Source: Salpingoeca rosetta
Lineage: Eukaryota > Protista > Choanoflagellata
Length of the DNA stretch: 64,000 bases
Assembly (NCBI GenBank): GCA_033442325.1
Contig: JAWQFM010000008.1
Coordinates: 1,310,123 to 1,374,122 of the forward strand
Direction: 5' to 3'
The notes beneath the pieces are model-generated. The model worked only from the letters and a program-made list of their open reading frames with translations, ran no database searches and was not told where the DNA came from. A program made the translations under genes and the position numbers. Of the stretch, positions 24,680-62,187 are shown piece by piece (the stretch's first letter is position 1; each line of letters opens with the position of its first letter).

Positions 24680-25018
24680 GATGCAGAAGCACGAGGGACG
24701 GATGATTTAGGAGCAGAGACGCACACAAACATGCACACAGTAACATGCTTGAGCAATGGCACTGCTAATTTGATTGATTGCATCGTACATTGCTTGGTTT
24801 ATTTCTTTTCGTCTTCGGAAACATCACTCACACTCGCACACTCACACATCTACGCCCACACACGCATACACGCACATGCGTGCGCACATGTACCCCTGCT
24901 TGCGCCATCAGGACCCGCCAATGCGTTCTGGGATCACATTGGCGGCACACAGGACGCGTACTTGCGGTACATTCGTCGAAACAACATCCCATCCTACCAC
25001 ACCCCATACCTCTTTTGA
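21745..25018 (+). CDS. Chimeric gene: duplicated NOG1 GTPase domain fused to an ERG25/methylsterol-monooxygenase-like fatty-acid-hydroxylase-family oxidase (5' end hidden by the gap)
   Basis: Exons 21745-22075, 22240-22431 and 22597-23602 encode NOG1 G1 (GFPNVGKSS), G3 (DTPA) and G4 (NKAD). The same exon then continues through a T/N-rich linker into [25 protein letters not shown]. Later exons give [32 protein letters not shown] and FWDHIGGT, with stop at 25018. Confidence 0.75.
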
Positions 25019-25030
25019 TCCCCAACGCGT

Positions 25031-25094
<64 letters not shown>

Positions 25095-25576
25095 TCAAAC
25101 ACATTCACGTGTGCTTCCATCGTGTCAGCTCTTGCTTGTGTTAAATTCTCCCCTGCCTCTGCTTCGCGCTCGTGGGTGTTGTCACCTGACCGACATGACA
25201 GCAGTTCGTTCTTTCAGTTACCAGTGCGCTACAGCCCTCGCTGCCTCATTCGCGTCATTGTGCCTCCTCTCGCGTGCTTGTCTTGAGTGTTGCTCTGTAT
25301 GTTACATTGCTTGCTGGAATGCGTTGCTTAATCGCCGCTGATACGTGCAAACCAAGCTGGTCACCAAAATACACACGCTGAACAAGAACACGCACTTCAA
25401 TTACGCCACATACAGAACTGGTGGCGAGCAACGCAAGGCTACACGCAAAACCTCGCTCGCGCTTGCGCTTGCACCTGTGCTGGTCTGCTGGTATGGCCAC
25501 GGTGCTGCTCGCAACCACGATTTCGTATGGGGTGTCGCTGAATGTTTGCTTCATGGCATTGCCTTTATCACTCTCT

Positions 25577-28027
<2,451 letters not shown>

Positions 28028-28502
28028 CTTCTATTCGTTGTGTTGAGGCAGATGGATGATGGCTGTCCTTGATGATGTTTGTGTTATGCAACAACAACTT
28101 GCTTCGCACTCTCCTCAACAGCTTCGCAGGGTCACCCTCGCTACTGCAACTTCAAGGACGTTCGCTTTGTTGGCGCTGACTGGAGTTGCAGTTGCCTGTG
28201 ACACTGTTGCTTTCATCATCATCAGAAGTGTAGTCCTGCCGCGTAAAATTGCTTCGTCAGCGAATTCACAAATGGCAAATTTTTGACATTGTACATTTCT
28301 CAACAAATGAGCTAGTTCCTGTATTTTTCCGCTTCCCGCACATCTCACGCTTCACCCACGTGCACCGCACGCTGCCTTTTTTTCCATTCTCACACACGCA
28401 CACGCACACGCACACGCACACGCACACAACCTCACGTGTGCACCAACCAACCCTTCACGCGGATACCCACACGCGACCACTACAACTACAAGACCGGCCA
28501 CC

Positions 28503-33766
<5,264 letters not shown>

Positions 33767-34081
33767 GCGTCTCAAGGAACAACGACGCCCTGGTCTTTAT
33801 CTTGATCTTACATCTTACTTTCTTCCTCTGTATTTCGACTCCTGCACTGTCGTGTTTCTTCTTGTGAATATATTGGCCCTCTCTTCCTGTTCCCTTCTTC
33901 TCTCGCCCGTGATGTTATCCATGTCGACGACGACAATCAATTTGACTCTTGTTGATGATCGAGCTTCTTTCTTCCTATCGCTTAAATGGCATCCATATCT
34001 CAAAGACAACCGAGAAAGTGAAATAACCCAACGGCATGTGTGACGGCGAAGAAGATAGAGTATCGCATGGGCTGGAGACAG

Positions 34082-34147
<66 letters not shown>

Positions 34148-34148
<1 letters not shown>

Positions 34149-34602
34149 CAGGAGAGGCCTGCCTCTGCTTGCTCTACCGCAGCCAGCATGGCTGACAAAT
34201 AATCATCATCATCATCCTCATCATGCTCCTCATCATTGTCGACCTTGCTGCGCTTGTGCGCGTGTGGGTCTTCTGTTGTCGTGGCGCCTGATGGCTGCCG
34301 GTCCTGTTCTTGGGGTAGCGGCGGCCTCTTGACCACGGCCACTTCCGGGTTGGTTAAGAAGCAATCGTCGTCGTCGCCATCACTATCCAGCGTCACCACC
34401 ACAGCCGCCTTCTTGCTCCCTTGGCTTGCTGCCCCGTGGTTCGACCCTTTGCCCGTGCCCTCTGCTGGAAATGCCTGTTTGTCCCTCTTCTCCCTTTTTG
34501 CTGGCCTCATTCCTCCCTCTGTCTCAAAGAACGACAGCAAATCTCGCTGCCCAACTTCCCTCTGCTCACCCCTACCATCATCATCATCATCACCACTATC
34601 AC

Positions 34603-34646
<44 letters not shown>

Positions 34647-36802
34647 CCACCACTGTCACCATCGCCACCTTTGTTCTTGTTCTTGTTCTTGTTCTTCTTC
34701 TTCCCGCTTTTCTTCTTGGTTTTGCGCGTGTCCGTGCGTTCGGCTCCCATGGTCTCCGATGCGCCCTTGACCGCCCTGCCCACCACCGCCATCTTGCGCT
34801 CCACCTTCTCCCACATGCTCTCGTCCAGCGTGTTGCGGCAAATCAGGTACTTGACGTCCACGGCGCACTGCTGGCCCACGCGGTGCGCCCTGTCCTCTGC
34901 CTGCAGCAGCTGCCCCGGGTTCCAGAACAGCTCTGCAAACACAACCAGCGTCGCAGCGTGCAGCGTGAGGCCCGTGCCTGCGGCGGTGATGCTGAGTAGG
35001 GCCACGCGGCACGTCTCGTCCGTCTGAAAGCGGGTGGCCAGCTCATTACGTAGCGACGATGGTGTGGACCCGTCAATGCGCACGTGTCGGATGCTCTTTT
35101 CGCACAGCGCCTGCATCAGCCCGTCCATCACGGGCTGGTGGTGCGCAAACAGCAGCATCTTCACCCCTTTCGCCAGCTGCTCCAGCACATATGTCACGCA
35201 TGCGGCCAGCTTGGCCTGCCCCGTGGCCTGGAACAGCTTGAGCGTGACGCCGTGCATCTCGCCGTCACCACGACCAGCGGCGACAGCAGCGGCGTCCATG
35301 TGGAAGCGTTTCTTCATGAGCTGCGAGATTTCGCGGCGGTGCTTGGCCGAGCAGTCAACAACGACCGTCTGCCGTGTTTTTGGCGGGAGCGAGGACAGCA
35401 CGCCCTTCTTGTCGCGCCGAATCATCACCGTGCGCTGCAGCAGCGTGTGCAGCTCCTCCTCGTTGCTGGAGCCGTCGTGGCACCACCCGTACGCGGTCAT
35501 GTGTGAGTTGCAGTATCGCTCACCAAACGCAATCTCCACGCGGAAGAGGTCGCGGCGCAGCGCGCGCAGCTGCTGGAACAGCTCAATCGGCTTGGAGAGG
35601 GCTGGGGTGCCGGAGAGCAGGAGGGCGCGCTTGGCGTCCTGCACCACGGGCACGAGCGCCTTTGTGCGGGCCGCCTGCCTGTTCTTGATGTAGTGGGCCT
35701 CGTCGGCGATGACGACGCGGAACTTGCGCTGCTGCACCTGCGTGCGCAGCCCGCGCGCCAGGTCGTAGCTGAGGATGCACACGGCGTGCGTGAGCTTCTC
35801 GCGCCCATTCTGCACAACTTGCACCGCGTCCTCGCCCAGGCCAAGCCAGCGGTGGATCTCGTTCGCCCACGTCAGCTTCAGGCTGCTCGGGCACACGATG
35901 AGCAGGGGCCACTCGCTGCGGTAGTGCAGAGCCGTGACCAGCGCCTGCACGGTCTTGCCCAGCCCCATTTCATCGCACCACAGGATGCGCCCGGAGCGCC
36001 GCACCGCACACAGCACGCCCGTCAGCTGGTACGGCAGCAGCTTCTGCAGCAGCTCCAGCGGCACGCGGCCCTGCAGGGCCTCGTACGCCTGCTCCGGAGT
36101 CACGGTGGAGTGCAGCAGTTCGAGCGTGTTCCACGTGGACGAGTGCATGGCTGCCAGCACCCATTTCGGCAGGCCCGTGATGCGCGTCTCAACGGCGGTG
36201 AGCTCGTGCAGCTTCGTCAGCAGCGTCTTGTACATGCGCAGCGGCAGGACCCAGCCCGAGACGGGGGTGCGATCCCGATCATATGTGCCGCCAAGGCCCC
36301 GCACCACGGCGTTCACTTCCGTGCTGAAGGGCTGCACGACAACGAGTATTTCTCGGCACGACTTGAGCAGCGACACCACCACCTTGATTTGGCCAAACGC
36401 GCGCACGCCACCCGTCCCACGCGACGCAGCTGATGACGATGACGAAGACGATGACGAAGACGAAGACGAAGACTTGAATGGTTTCCTCGAGGGTGGCATG
36501 GCGGATCTGCCACGATGGCTGTTGGAGGATGTGTTTGGTGCAAACGGCAGCGTGCGCTGCCTCTGTTGCTTTGCCGTCGATGAGCTGGATGATGATGCTG
36601 CTGCTGATGATGATGACGATGATGATGATGATGTGTGGCGAGCGCTGGTGGAGACAAACTTGTCGATCCTTGGCGCTGCGGCGCCAATGTTGCTATTGCT
36701 GGTTTGGTTGCTGCTCATGCTACTATGTCTGCTGGTGCTGGTGCTGGTGGTCGGCCGCCTGTCGAATGCCGCCACAGGCCGCTTCCTGCCGCTATTGTGC
36801 AT
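34148..36802 (-). CDS. SMARCAL1: SNF2-family annealing helicase, SMARCAL1-like (single exon, 884 aa)
   Basis: LLPYQ..G..DEMGLGKTVQAL, WPLLIVCPSSL, DEAHYIKN, LLSGTPALSKPIELF, RIDGSTP, LSITAAGTGLTL, ELFWNPG.LLQAEDRAHRVGQ. A HARP-like segment precedes the ATPase domain. No ZRANB3-type HNH or zinc finger is visible. Confidence 0.85.
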
Positions 36803-36940
36803 CCTGCTGCTTGCTGCTTGCTGATGGTGTGCCTTCTGTTAAGCGCTTTGCACTTTGGGCGGCAAAAACCGACACAAACACGTCCAAACGCCGACAACTG
36901 CTTGAAAATATGGCAAATCCTCCCAACCTTGAGTGTGTAT

Positions 36941-36984
<44 letters not shown>

Positions 36985-37172
36985 TTTATTGGGGAAAACT
37001 CGCTGAAATCTTACACTGCTCCCAGCGCTCAAAGATGGGGAAGGCAATTGCGGCAAAACAAAGGGCAGCGGTGCGTATGGGTGAATGTGTGTGAGAGCAC
37101 GCGCCTCATAGACAGAAAGAAAAGTGAATCAATAGATAGATAGATAGAAACCAAGTGCCTCGGTGCGAGGCT

Positions 37173-37241
<69 letters not shown>

Positions 37242-37244
37242 GTA

Positions 37245-37297
<53 letters not shown>

Positions 37298-37418
37298 CGA
37301 GCATCTCCCTCTCCCTCTCCCTTCCCTCAGCTCAACCACGCTCCCTCCCTCCCCTCCCCTCAATCACGCACGCACTCTCACTGACTCGTTTAATTATCAA
37401 CACACACCCGCAAAGACC

Positions 37419-46983
<9,565 letters not shown>

Positions 46984-47145
46984 CGTGCACCAACTTCCGC
47001 CTAGCCATTCCTCCTGCTGCCTCCTGTTGCCTGTGTTGTGTCTTGTCGAAACACGTTTGTCTGACTGAAAAAAGGGCGCCACACAAAAACAAAGGCGAGT
47101 ACTATTCATATATAAAAAATTAAAGAGAATATGCAACAAAGCAGG

Positions 47146-47219
47146 TCCCCTGTGGCGCAATTGGCTAGCGCGTTCGACTGTTAATCGAGAGGTTGCAAGT
47201 TCGAGCCTTGCCAGGGGAG
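47146..47219 (+). tRNA. tRNA-Asn (anticodon GTT)
   Basis: Cloverleaf: acceptor TCCCCTG/CAGGGGA, D arm GCGC/GCGC, anticodon arm TTCGA-CTGTTAA-TCGAG, T arm GCAAG-TTCGAGC-CTTGC. T6 terminator at 47224-47229; TATA-like element about 30 bp upstream. Confidence 0.97.
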
Positions 47220-47326
47220 TAGCTTTTTTGGTTCGTCTTTTTTCTTGCTTGCTGCTGCTTTGGAGCTTGCTTGCTGCACCCATTCATCGTCAACAATAAC
47301 GTCGCCAACGCCACACACCACCCGCC

Positions 47327-49865
<2,539 letters not shown>

Positions 49866-50378
49866 CGCGCGGTGGACACTGTAATGTGATATGTGTGTGT
49901 GTGTGTGTGCGTCTGTGTTGGTTTGTTTGTTTGTCATTTGCCTCATGAGCAGCCTCTCCTTCTCTCTTCCTGTCCTTGTTATCTGTTTGTGCTGATGTGT
50001 ACACAACTGCTGCCACGGACGTGTGTCACTCATTGTTTGGTGCAATGTGAAGGAAAGGGCTGAAACGACATGGACTCCAATTAAAGAAGCAGAAAGAAGT
50101 GAGATTCAGATGCATGCATGCAGATAAGAAAAGGGGGTGCGAACAGTGTGGAAGGCGAGAGAGAAAGAAAGAGAGAGATCCGAAACGAAACGTGCATTCA
50201 TTCAAAGAGAAGAGCGAAGAGAGAGAACACACACGTGACACAGTAGCGAGAGCAGATAAGCGAGCCGAGTGAGGGGAGCAACATAGGGGAAGGGAAGAAG
50301 GGGTGGGGGGAATAAATCAGGAAACAACATCAGCCGACGACTGAACCAATTAGTCATCAACAACACCACCGCAAATCA

Positions 50379-51857
50379 TCACAGGTTGGTATCGACGTGT
50401 GTCTCTGCTGCGCGCGTCACCCAATATGCAGCGATGCTCGTCACCATCCATTCCAGCAGCGCGCCTGCCACGCACAGGGCGAAAGGGAAAATCGTGCGTG
50501 CGTGTTTGTGCATGTGTGTGTGTGTGTGTCGTGTCGTGTGTGTCGTGTCGTGTGTGTGTGTGTTTGTGCATGTGTGTGTGTTAGCGACGTGGGATGAGGG
50601 AACGAGGCAGCAATCGCCGCAGACAATCAAGAGTTGCATCAGAGACACGTACCAACGGCAACAGACATCTTGCGAATCTGCTTGCACGGCGTCTCCTGTC
50701 ACAACAACAGCAATTATTCGGCGTGAGGAACAAGCAACAGCACGCGTGCGAACACGTATCAATGCTCCTGCATGCTTTAACTCAAGACACACACATACGC
50801 TACGCTGCACACACGCACCCACAGACGCTACGCTACACACACGCAATACACGCACGCACACACGCATGCACGTGCACGACAAGACTCACGGCGACGGGAG
50901 CGAGCTGTGCGCGTGTGCGGTGGATGCGGTCGTCTGCGAGCATGTGCGGCATCGTCGACATGACCGCCTTGATGTACTCGTGCGTCAACAGATTCTTCAC
51001 GTTTGTCCACACACTCAGGTCCTGCTTCAACAACCTGGTGATGGGGAGGGTAAGGGGGTGTGTTAAGGGGGTGGAGTGTGGTTTGCAAGTGGATGGCATG
51101 TATACAATGCATGTGTATTGCCGTTTGATTGACAAGAATGCACGTAAATTCACGACACGCACACGCACACACACATATGCATACACACACATATGCATAC
51201 AGACACACGCACACTCATACATATGCAAGCGACTGACTTGTTCTTGTGGTCTGTGAGGAGCATGGAGGCAGCAATGACGCGTTGAAGGGATTCGTGTGTG
51301 CGTTTGAGCGCTTTGATCTCGCGCAAATGCCCAGCGGTAATCGGCTGTGATGGCGGTGGGGAGATGGTGCACAAGCAACCACATGTGCGCAGGGAGTTGG
51401 TGAGGTCCGAACATGTGCAAGCACACAGGAGTGTGATGTGAACATAAGCCAAACAACCACACATATGAGCACACACAAACACACACAAACACACACAAAC
51501 ACAAACACACACACACAAACACACACAAACACACACACACAAACACACACACACAAACACACACAAACACACACACACATATCACATCACATCATCTCAC
51601 ATCATCTCACATACTCATACACACACACATCACAACCCTCACCGCGACGTGGGTGGCGAGGGGCTCGACGGCTGCGAATCGGATGAGCGCAGACATGAGG
51701 CGGCGCTGGGCGTGGATCCAATTGCGGAGATACACGCCAGCGACCGGCAGCTGGAGTGGAGAGATGGAGGGTTGGATGGGGGAATGGGATATGTGGATGT
51801 ATGTCATGATGAGGGCGATTGTGGGTCATTCAACAGTAGCAAGTGCGACTTGCACAA

Positions 51858-51895
<38 letters not shown>

Positions 51896-51912
51896 ACTCA
51901 CACACACACACA

Positions 51913-51955
<43 letters not shown>

Positions 51956-53542
51956 ACACACACTCACACTCACACACACACACACACACCTCCTGGTCGG
52001 GGTCCCGTGTGAGTGAGCGTTCAATGAGAGGATCGAGGAGGTGGAGGGTGTGGCGATGGCGGGAGAGCCAGCGTCTCGCATCAAAAGATGCCACGTGCGT
52101 ATGAAGGTTTCTATACAGCGATGAGGTAGGGCAGAGGTGTGAGGAACCAGCCGACAACAAGCAAACACACACACATACACATGTGGGAACAGAAATGGAG
52201 GTGAGAGTGTGTTGGCAAGTATGTTTGTACACGCACGTGCACCACAGTTCACACACATAGAACCACACTGAGACATACACACATACACACATACACACAT
52301 ACACACACACACATGTACACACACACACACACCTGCGTTTGATGATGCGCCTGAGGGAGTCCCACGCTGGAAGGTGGTCTGTGTCCTCATGCACAAGCTC
52401 AAGCGCACACAGCACCGCCGCCGTCACAATCGCGCGTAGTTGCAGCGAGGCCGCGCGTGTGCGTGTGAGCTCCGTCAGGTAGTCTTGCGTCACGCTGCCA
52501 TCGACACGTGCCTCAAGCTCAATGGCCGCCGTCAGTGCAGACAGCTCGTCCGCCACTGCTGCCAGATATGCCTTTGGTGTTGTCTCTGCGATGGAGACCA
52601 GCGTTGCATCCTTCTCCCGTGCTTGCAGCGCGTGGAGCTCCTCTGCGCTCGCCAGTGTCGCTTGCAGCGGTGATGGCGCAGCCGCATCTACTTGCTCTTC
52701 ATCTGCACCAGGACCATCCTCCTCACTGGCTGCTTCCACTGGTGGTGTTGCGTCAACTGCTGGCAGTGTTGCTTCTGCTGGCGGTGTTGTTGTTGTTGTT
52801 GCGTCTGTCGTGGTCACATCTGCTAGTGCTGCTGTTGCGTCTGCGTGACCGGTTGCAGAGGACTGCTGCTCATCACCCGCTGAAGTTGTTGTTGCCTCTG
52901 CATCGTGCGCGCTGCCCTCGATTTCACCCGTGCCATGGTCTCGTTCACTTGGCACCTGTGCCTGTACGTCATCCTCTTCAGCGTTGGCGACAGCGCCACG
53001 ACCAGTCGGCTCCGCTTTGCCAGCGAGAGGTGCCGTTTTGTCTGAAGTCGTTGTGTCGTGCTCTGCCTCGACCGCAGTGCTGTTGGCACTTTGGTCCTCC
53101 GTCACTGACGGCGGTGGTGACTGGACGGGCTCCGCTGTGGCGGCACTTAGTGACTGTGCCTTCTCCGCTGCGCTGCCAGGGTTCTGTGCAGGTTTCTTGC
53201 GCGAGGGTGCACGACGCTGACTGCGCGCGTGTTGGTGTTGGTGCTGCTGCTGTGGACGTGATGACTGTGGATAGGACACCCTTGCCTGTGCACGGATGAA
53301 CTGACGCAGGGACCCGTGCTTGTCCGGGGTTGCCTGCTTCTGCTGCGTGGGCGTTTTCGGCGCACCTGATACGCGCTGGCGCGAGGGTGTTCCTGGCTTG
53401 CGTCGCGTGGAACCTTTCTGCTGGCGACGAGCGCGCTGCTCCCTTTCTTTTGCAGCCACAGATGCCCGCACCCGCTGGGCGAACGTGGGCCGTGTCAGCC
53501 GAGACAACCTTGCCTGTGCCTGCGCCTGTGTAGACGGGCTTG

Positions 53543-53588
<46 letters not shown>

Positions 53589-53789
53589 CTGCTGTAGCTG
53601 CTGCTTGCTGTCGCCAGCAGTCGTCATCATGCCCTGTCTTGTTGTAGTTGTTGTCCCTTGTTGTCCCTTGCTGGTGTCTGTTACTTGTTTTCCCTTCGGC
53701 ACTTCTTCCTGAACTTGCACAGACGAGCTGGCAGCGCCTGTGCTCGAGGCTTGTGCCTCCTCCTGCTTCTCCCCCGCACCTCCTGGCAT
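50379..53789 (-). CDS. Uncharacterised protein: long disordered N-terminus plus two tandem dynein microtubule-binding-domain-like repeats (start uncertain)
   Basis: Large exon (ORF 51804..53819) plus six smaller GT-AG exons ending ETHVDTNL* at 50379. The repeats resemble the dynein heavy-chain stalk head (see findings). Confidence 0.65.
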
Positions 53790-54246
53790 CTGGCTGGCTG
53801 GTCTTGCTCCCTTCGCCACTGTCTGCTGCCGTTTTGGTGTTTTTGAAGGTTGGTGACAACTGAATTCAGTTTGTGGTCTTGGTTGCTGAAAAGCTGTGAA
53901 TGTCTTCCATCAAATACCGCGCGCACCTCAAAGAACAAACGAAGGTCCGAGGGAAAACGCGGCAGGCAGTGCTGCATGCAGGCGGTGGTGGCGGTGCATA
54001 GTTTGCTGGCTAGGTGGTGTTGTGGATGGGTGGGTATGCAGACGCAGGTGCAGCTGCAGTGGTGGAGTGCAGTGGAGTGTTGGAGTGGAGTGTGTGTGAG
54101 TGTTACGCGCATGTCCTTTTTCTTCATGCGCGCTCACGCCTCTTGTTGATTGTGAACTGCTTGCTGAAGACAGACAAGCAACGACTACCCAGCCGGACAC
54201 AAACAAAGAACAAACGCCAAAACAATCAAATCAAGTCCGAAACAAA

Positions 54247-57237
<2,991 letters not shown>

Positions 57238-57772
57238 ACAACCAACCGACGCTATCCTCCTCTCCACCCACCAATTCCTGTTCCGCCACTCTTCATACCT
57301 CTCCCGCCTTATGCTACGTTAACTCTTGCCACGCCGTGCATGCCAAGGCCTGGCGCTTGGGGTCCGTTGTGATAATGCCAGCACGTGCGTGTGTGTGTTG
57401 GTTGTCTTGCATGAATAGACCCAAGCAACGACAGCACTGAGGAAGTGAAAGGCCTGGGTTTGTCGACGCATGAGGAAACCAGAGAAAAAGTTGCACGTGG
57501 TCATGAATGGGTGACCGCGAACGCACACAACCACACCACTTCGGACAAGCGAGAAAGAGCGGAGGTATGACAAGAACCGAGCCTCGGCTGCCTTGGCCGC
57601 ATAGCCGATGTTGTACATCCGTTTCATCTTCAAGGATGTCACTCATCCATTCATTGATTGCCATGGTTCGCGTGCTGCAGTTCCTTTCCGCTGTTTCCGT
57701 GTCTGTTCCGTTGTCCCGTTTCGTACAGCCCGTTTTGGCGGGAAAATCGTTCACCCGCTTGCTCTCGTAACG

Positions 57773-60005
<2,233 letters not shown>

Positions 60006-60129
60006 ACGAAGCCCAAGAATAAACAGACAACAGCGCGACGAACATGCGTCATCAGAAGTGGTAACAATGTAACAAGGCAAGGAGGGGCTGCAACAGCCGG
60101 GCGCACAGCTGCTGCTTGTGGCACAGCCA

Positions 60130-60379
60130 TCACCATGTGCGGAACGTAGCGATCATGGCCATGGGGTCGCGCGTGTGTGTCGTGACGCGGACAACGGCTT
60201 CGTCGTCGCTGCCGCTGTCACGCTCAATATCAGCAGCGTCGCGCAGGGATGGCGGTGGTACCTGTCGGCGTGGTGGTGGTGGGTGGGGGGGGGGGAGGGG
60301 GGTCGTAGGCGGTGGTGTGAGTGGCGACCGGAGGTAACTCAAAAACAACAACAACAACAACAGCAGCAGCAGCAGCAGC

Positions 60380-60434
<55 letters not shown>

Positions 60435-60491
60435 GCAACAACTACTACTACAACAACTACAACAACAACAACTACAACAACAACAACAACT

Positions 60492-60574
<83 letters not shown>

Positions 60575-61267
60575 AGTGTTCACACACACATACATTACAC
60601 ACACACATACATCACACATCACCCGTGCTCTCTACACCGAGCGCACCCCATATGGGTTGGCCATGAGGACGAGGGCCTCTGGTATCGGGTCGGGTCCCGG
60701 CCATGCCGTGCGTGTGTGTGTGATGCGGAGCGGATCGCGCGCGTCGAAGATGATGCCCGTGTTGCCACCGGCCCACTGCCGCTGACAGTGGATGCGGGCG
60801 CTGTCGGCGGTCTCCGTCCCCGATGGGATGCACAGCGTCACGCCGCAGCTCTCCACGTGCAGCGTGTCTGGGGTATGGGGGAAGTCTTCGCCGTGGTGCT
60901 GGCTGAACGCCGTAACAAGGATCGTGTTGCGCTGGTTCAAACGCGTTGACGCTGGCGATGATGGTGGTCGTGGACGGTGGGCGGAGTCGTGCGCAGCCGC
61001 AAACGTGGTTATGTTGATGATGGTGCCTGTGATGTGACACGTGGTGCCGTTGCCGCGAAAGGTGTGGTTGAGCCGCAGCACGGGTGAGCGCACTCGCGTC
61101 TCATCTCCACCTGCTGGTGGCGTGAAGTCTGGCACCTCGTGCACGCTGCAGTCAAACGGGAACCACTGCGTCGCGTACGATGAACACAGCGACTTGCGCC
61201 AGCCAGTGGTGACAGTGGAGACCACGCGGCTGCTATCACCCTCACTTGCGTTGCCTCTGCCGTTACT

Positions 61268-61312
<45 letters not shown>

Positions 61313-61314
61313 GC

Positions 61315-61345
<31 letters not shown>

Positions 61346-61389
61346 GCTGTTGTTGTTGTTGTTGTTGTTGCTGTTGTTGTTGTTGTTGC

Positions 61390-61420
<31 letters not shown>

Positions 61421-62153
61421 GCGATGGCCGTCAGCATTACTGCTGCTCCCCACCGTGTCAGTGATCTTATTCGTCTCACCGCCGGCGTGTGCTGTTGTGA
61501 CGGGCAGCAGCGTGCTGACAGGGATGGCCACGGGCTGGAGCGTGCATCCAGCAGAGCCCAGCCGCCCCTCTGCGGCCCGGCAAGGTGCTGTGTTCTCGGT
61601 GCTGTTGATACGCAGACCACGCGAATATATGCCGCCACCAGCAACGTATCCGTTGTCTGCTCTGTTTGCCACCGCCAGCGTCGCATTGTGCGCTTCACTC
61701 CTGCGAGCAGAGAAGAGAGACATGCGTGTGCGTGTGTGTGTTGTGTGTGTGTGTGTGCGTGTGTGTGTGTGTGTGTTGTGAGTTGTGCGTGCGCGGATGC
61801 GATTGTGCGTGGATATGTTTGTGTGCTTGAGATGTGGCCTTGTGTTCAGCTGCTGGTTGTGTGAACCGCAGACTCTCAATCAGTACACTACGTCAAAGTG
61901 CGATGGGATACACACCAGGCCTGCTGGTACATGACGGCGGTGAAGAGGGGCGGGTCGTTGATCCACTCGGATGCAGCGAGGATGATGTCGGTGTCCTTGA
62001 GCACGGCCTGGCTTGGCTGCTGGAACTCCATGTCATAGCAAATCAGCTGGCCGGGCAAAACCGGATTGGGGGGATGGAAGGAGAGGGGGAGCGCAGTTGC
62101 ACATTGGCTTTGTTAGGCAGGCGTAAATGCATGGTGAGGTTTGGGGGGAGCAA

Positions 62154-62187
<34 letters not shown>

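Noticed and set aside
53858-53871. 14-bp perfect palindrome aactgaattcagtt
   Set aside because: A single short palindrome with no supporting context.
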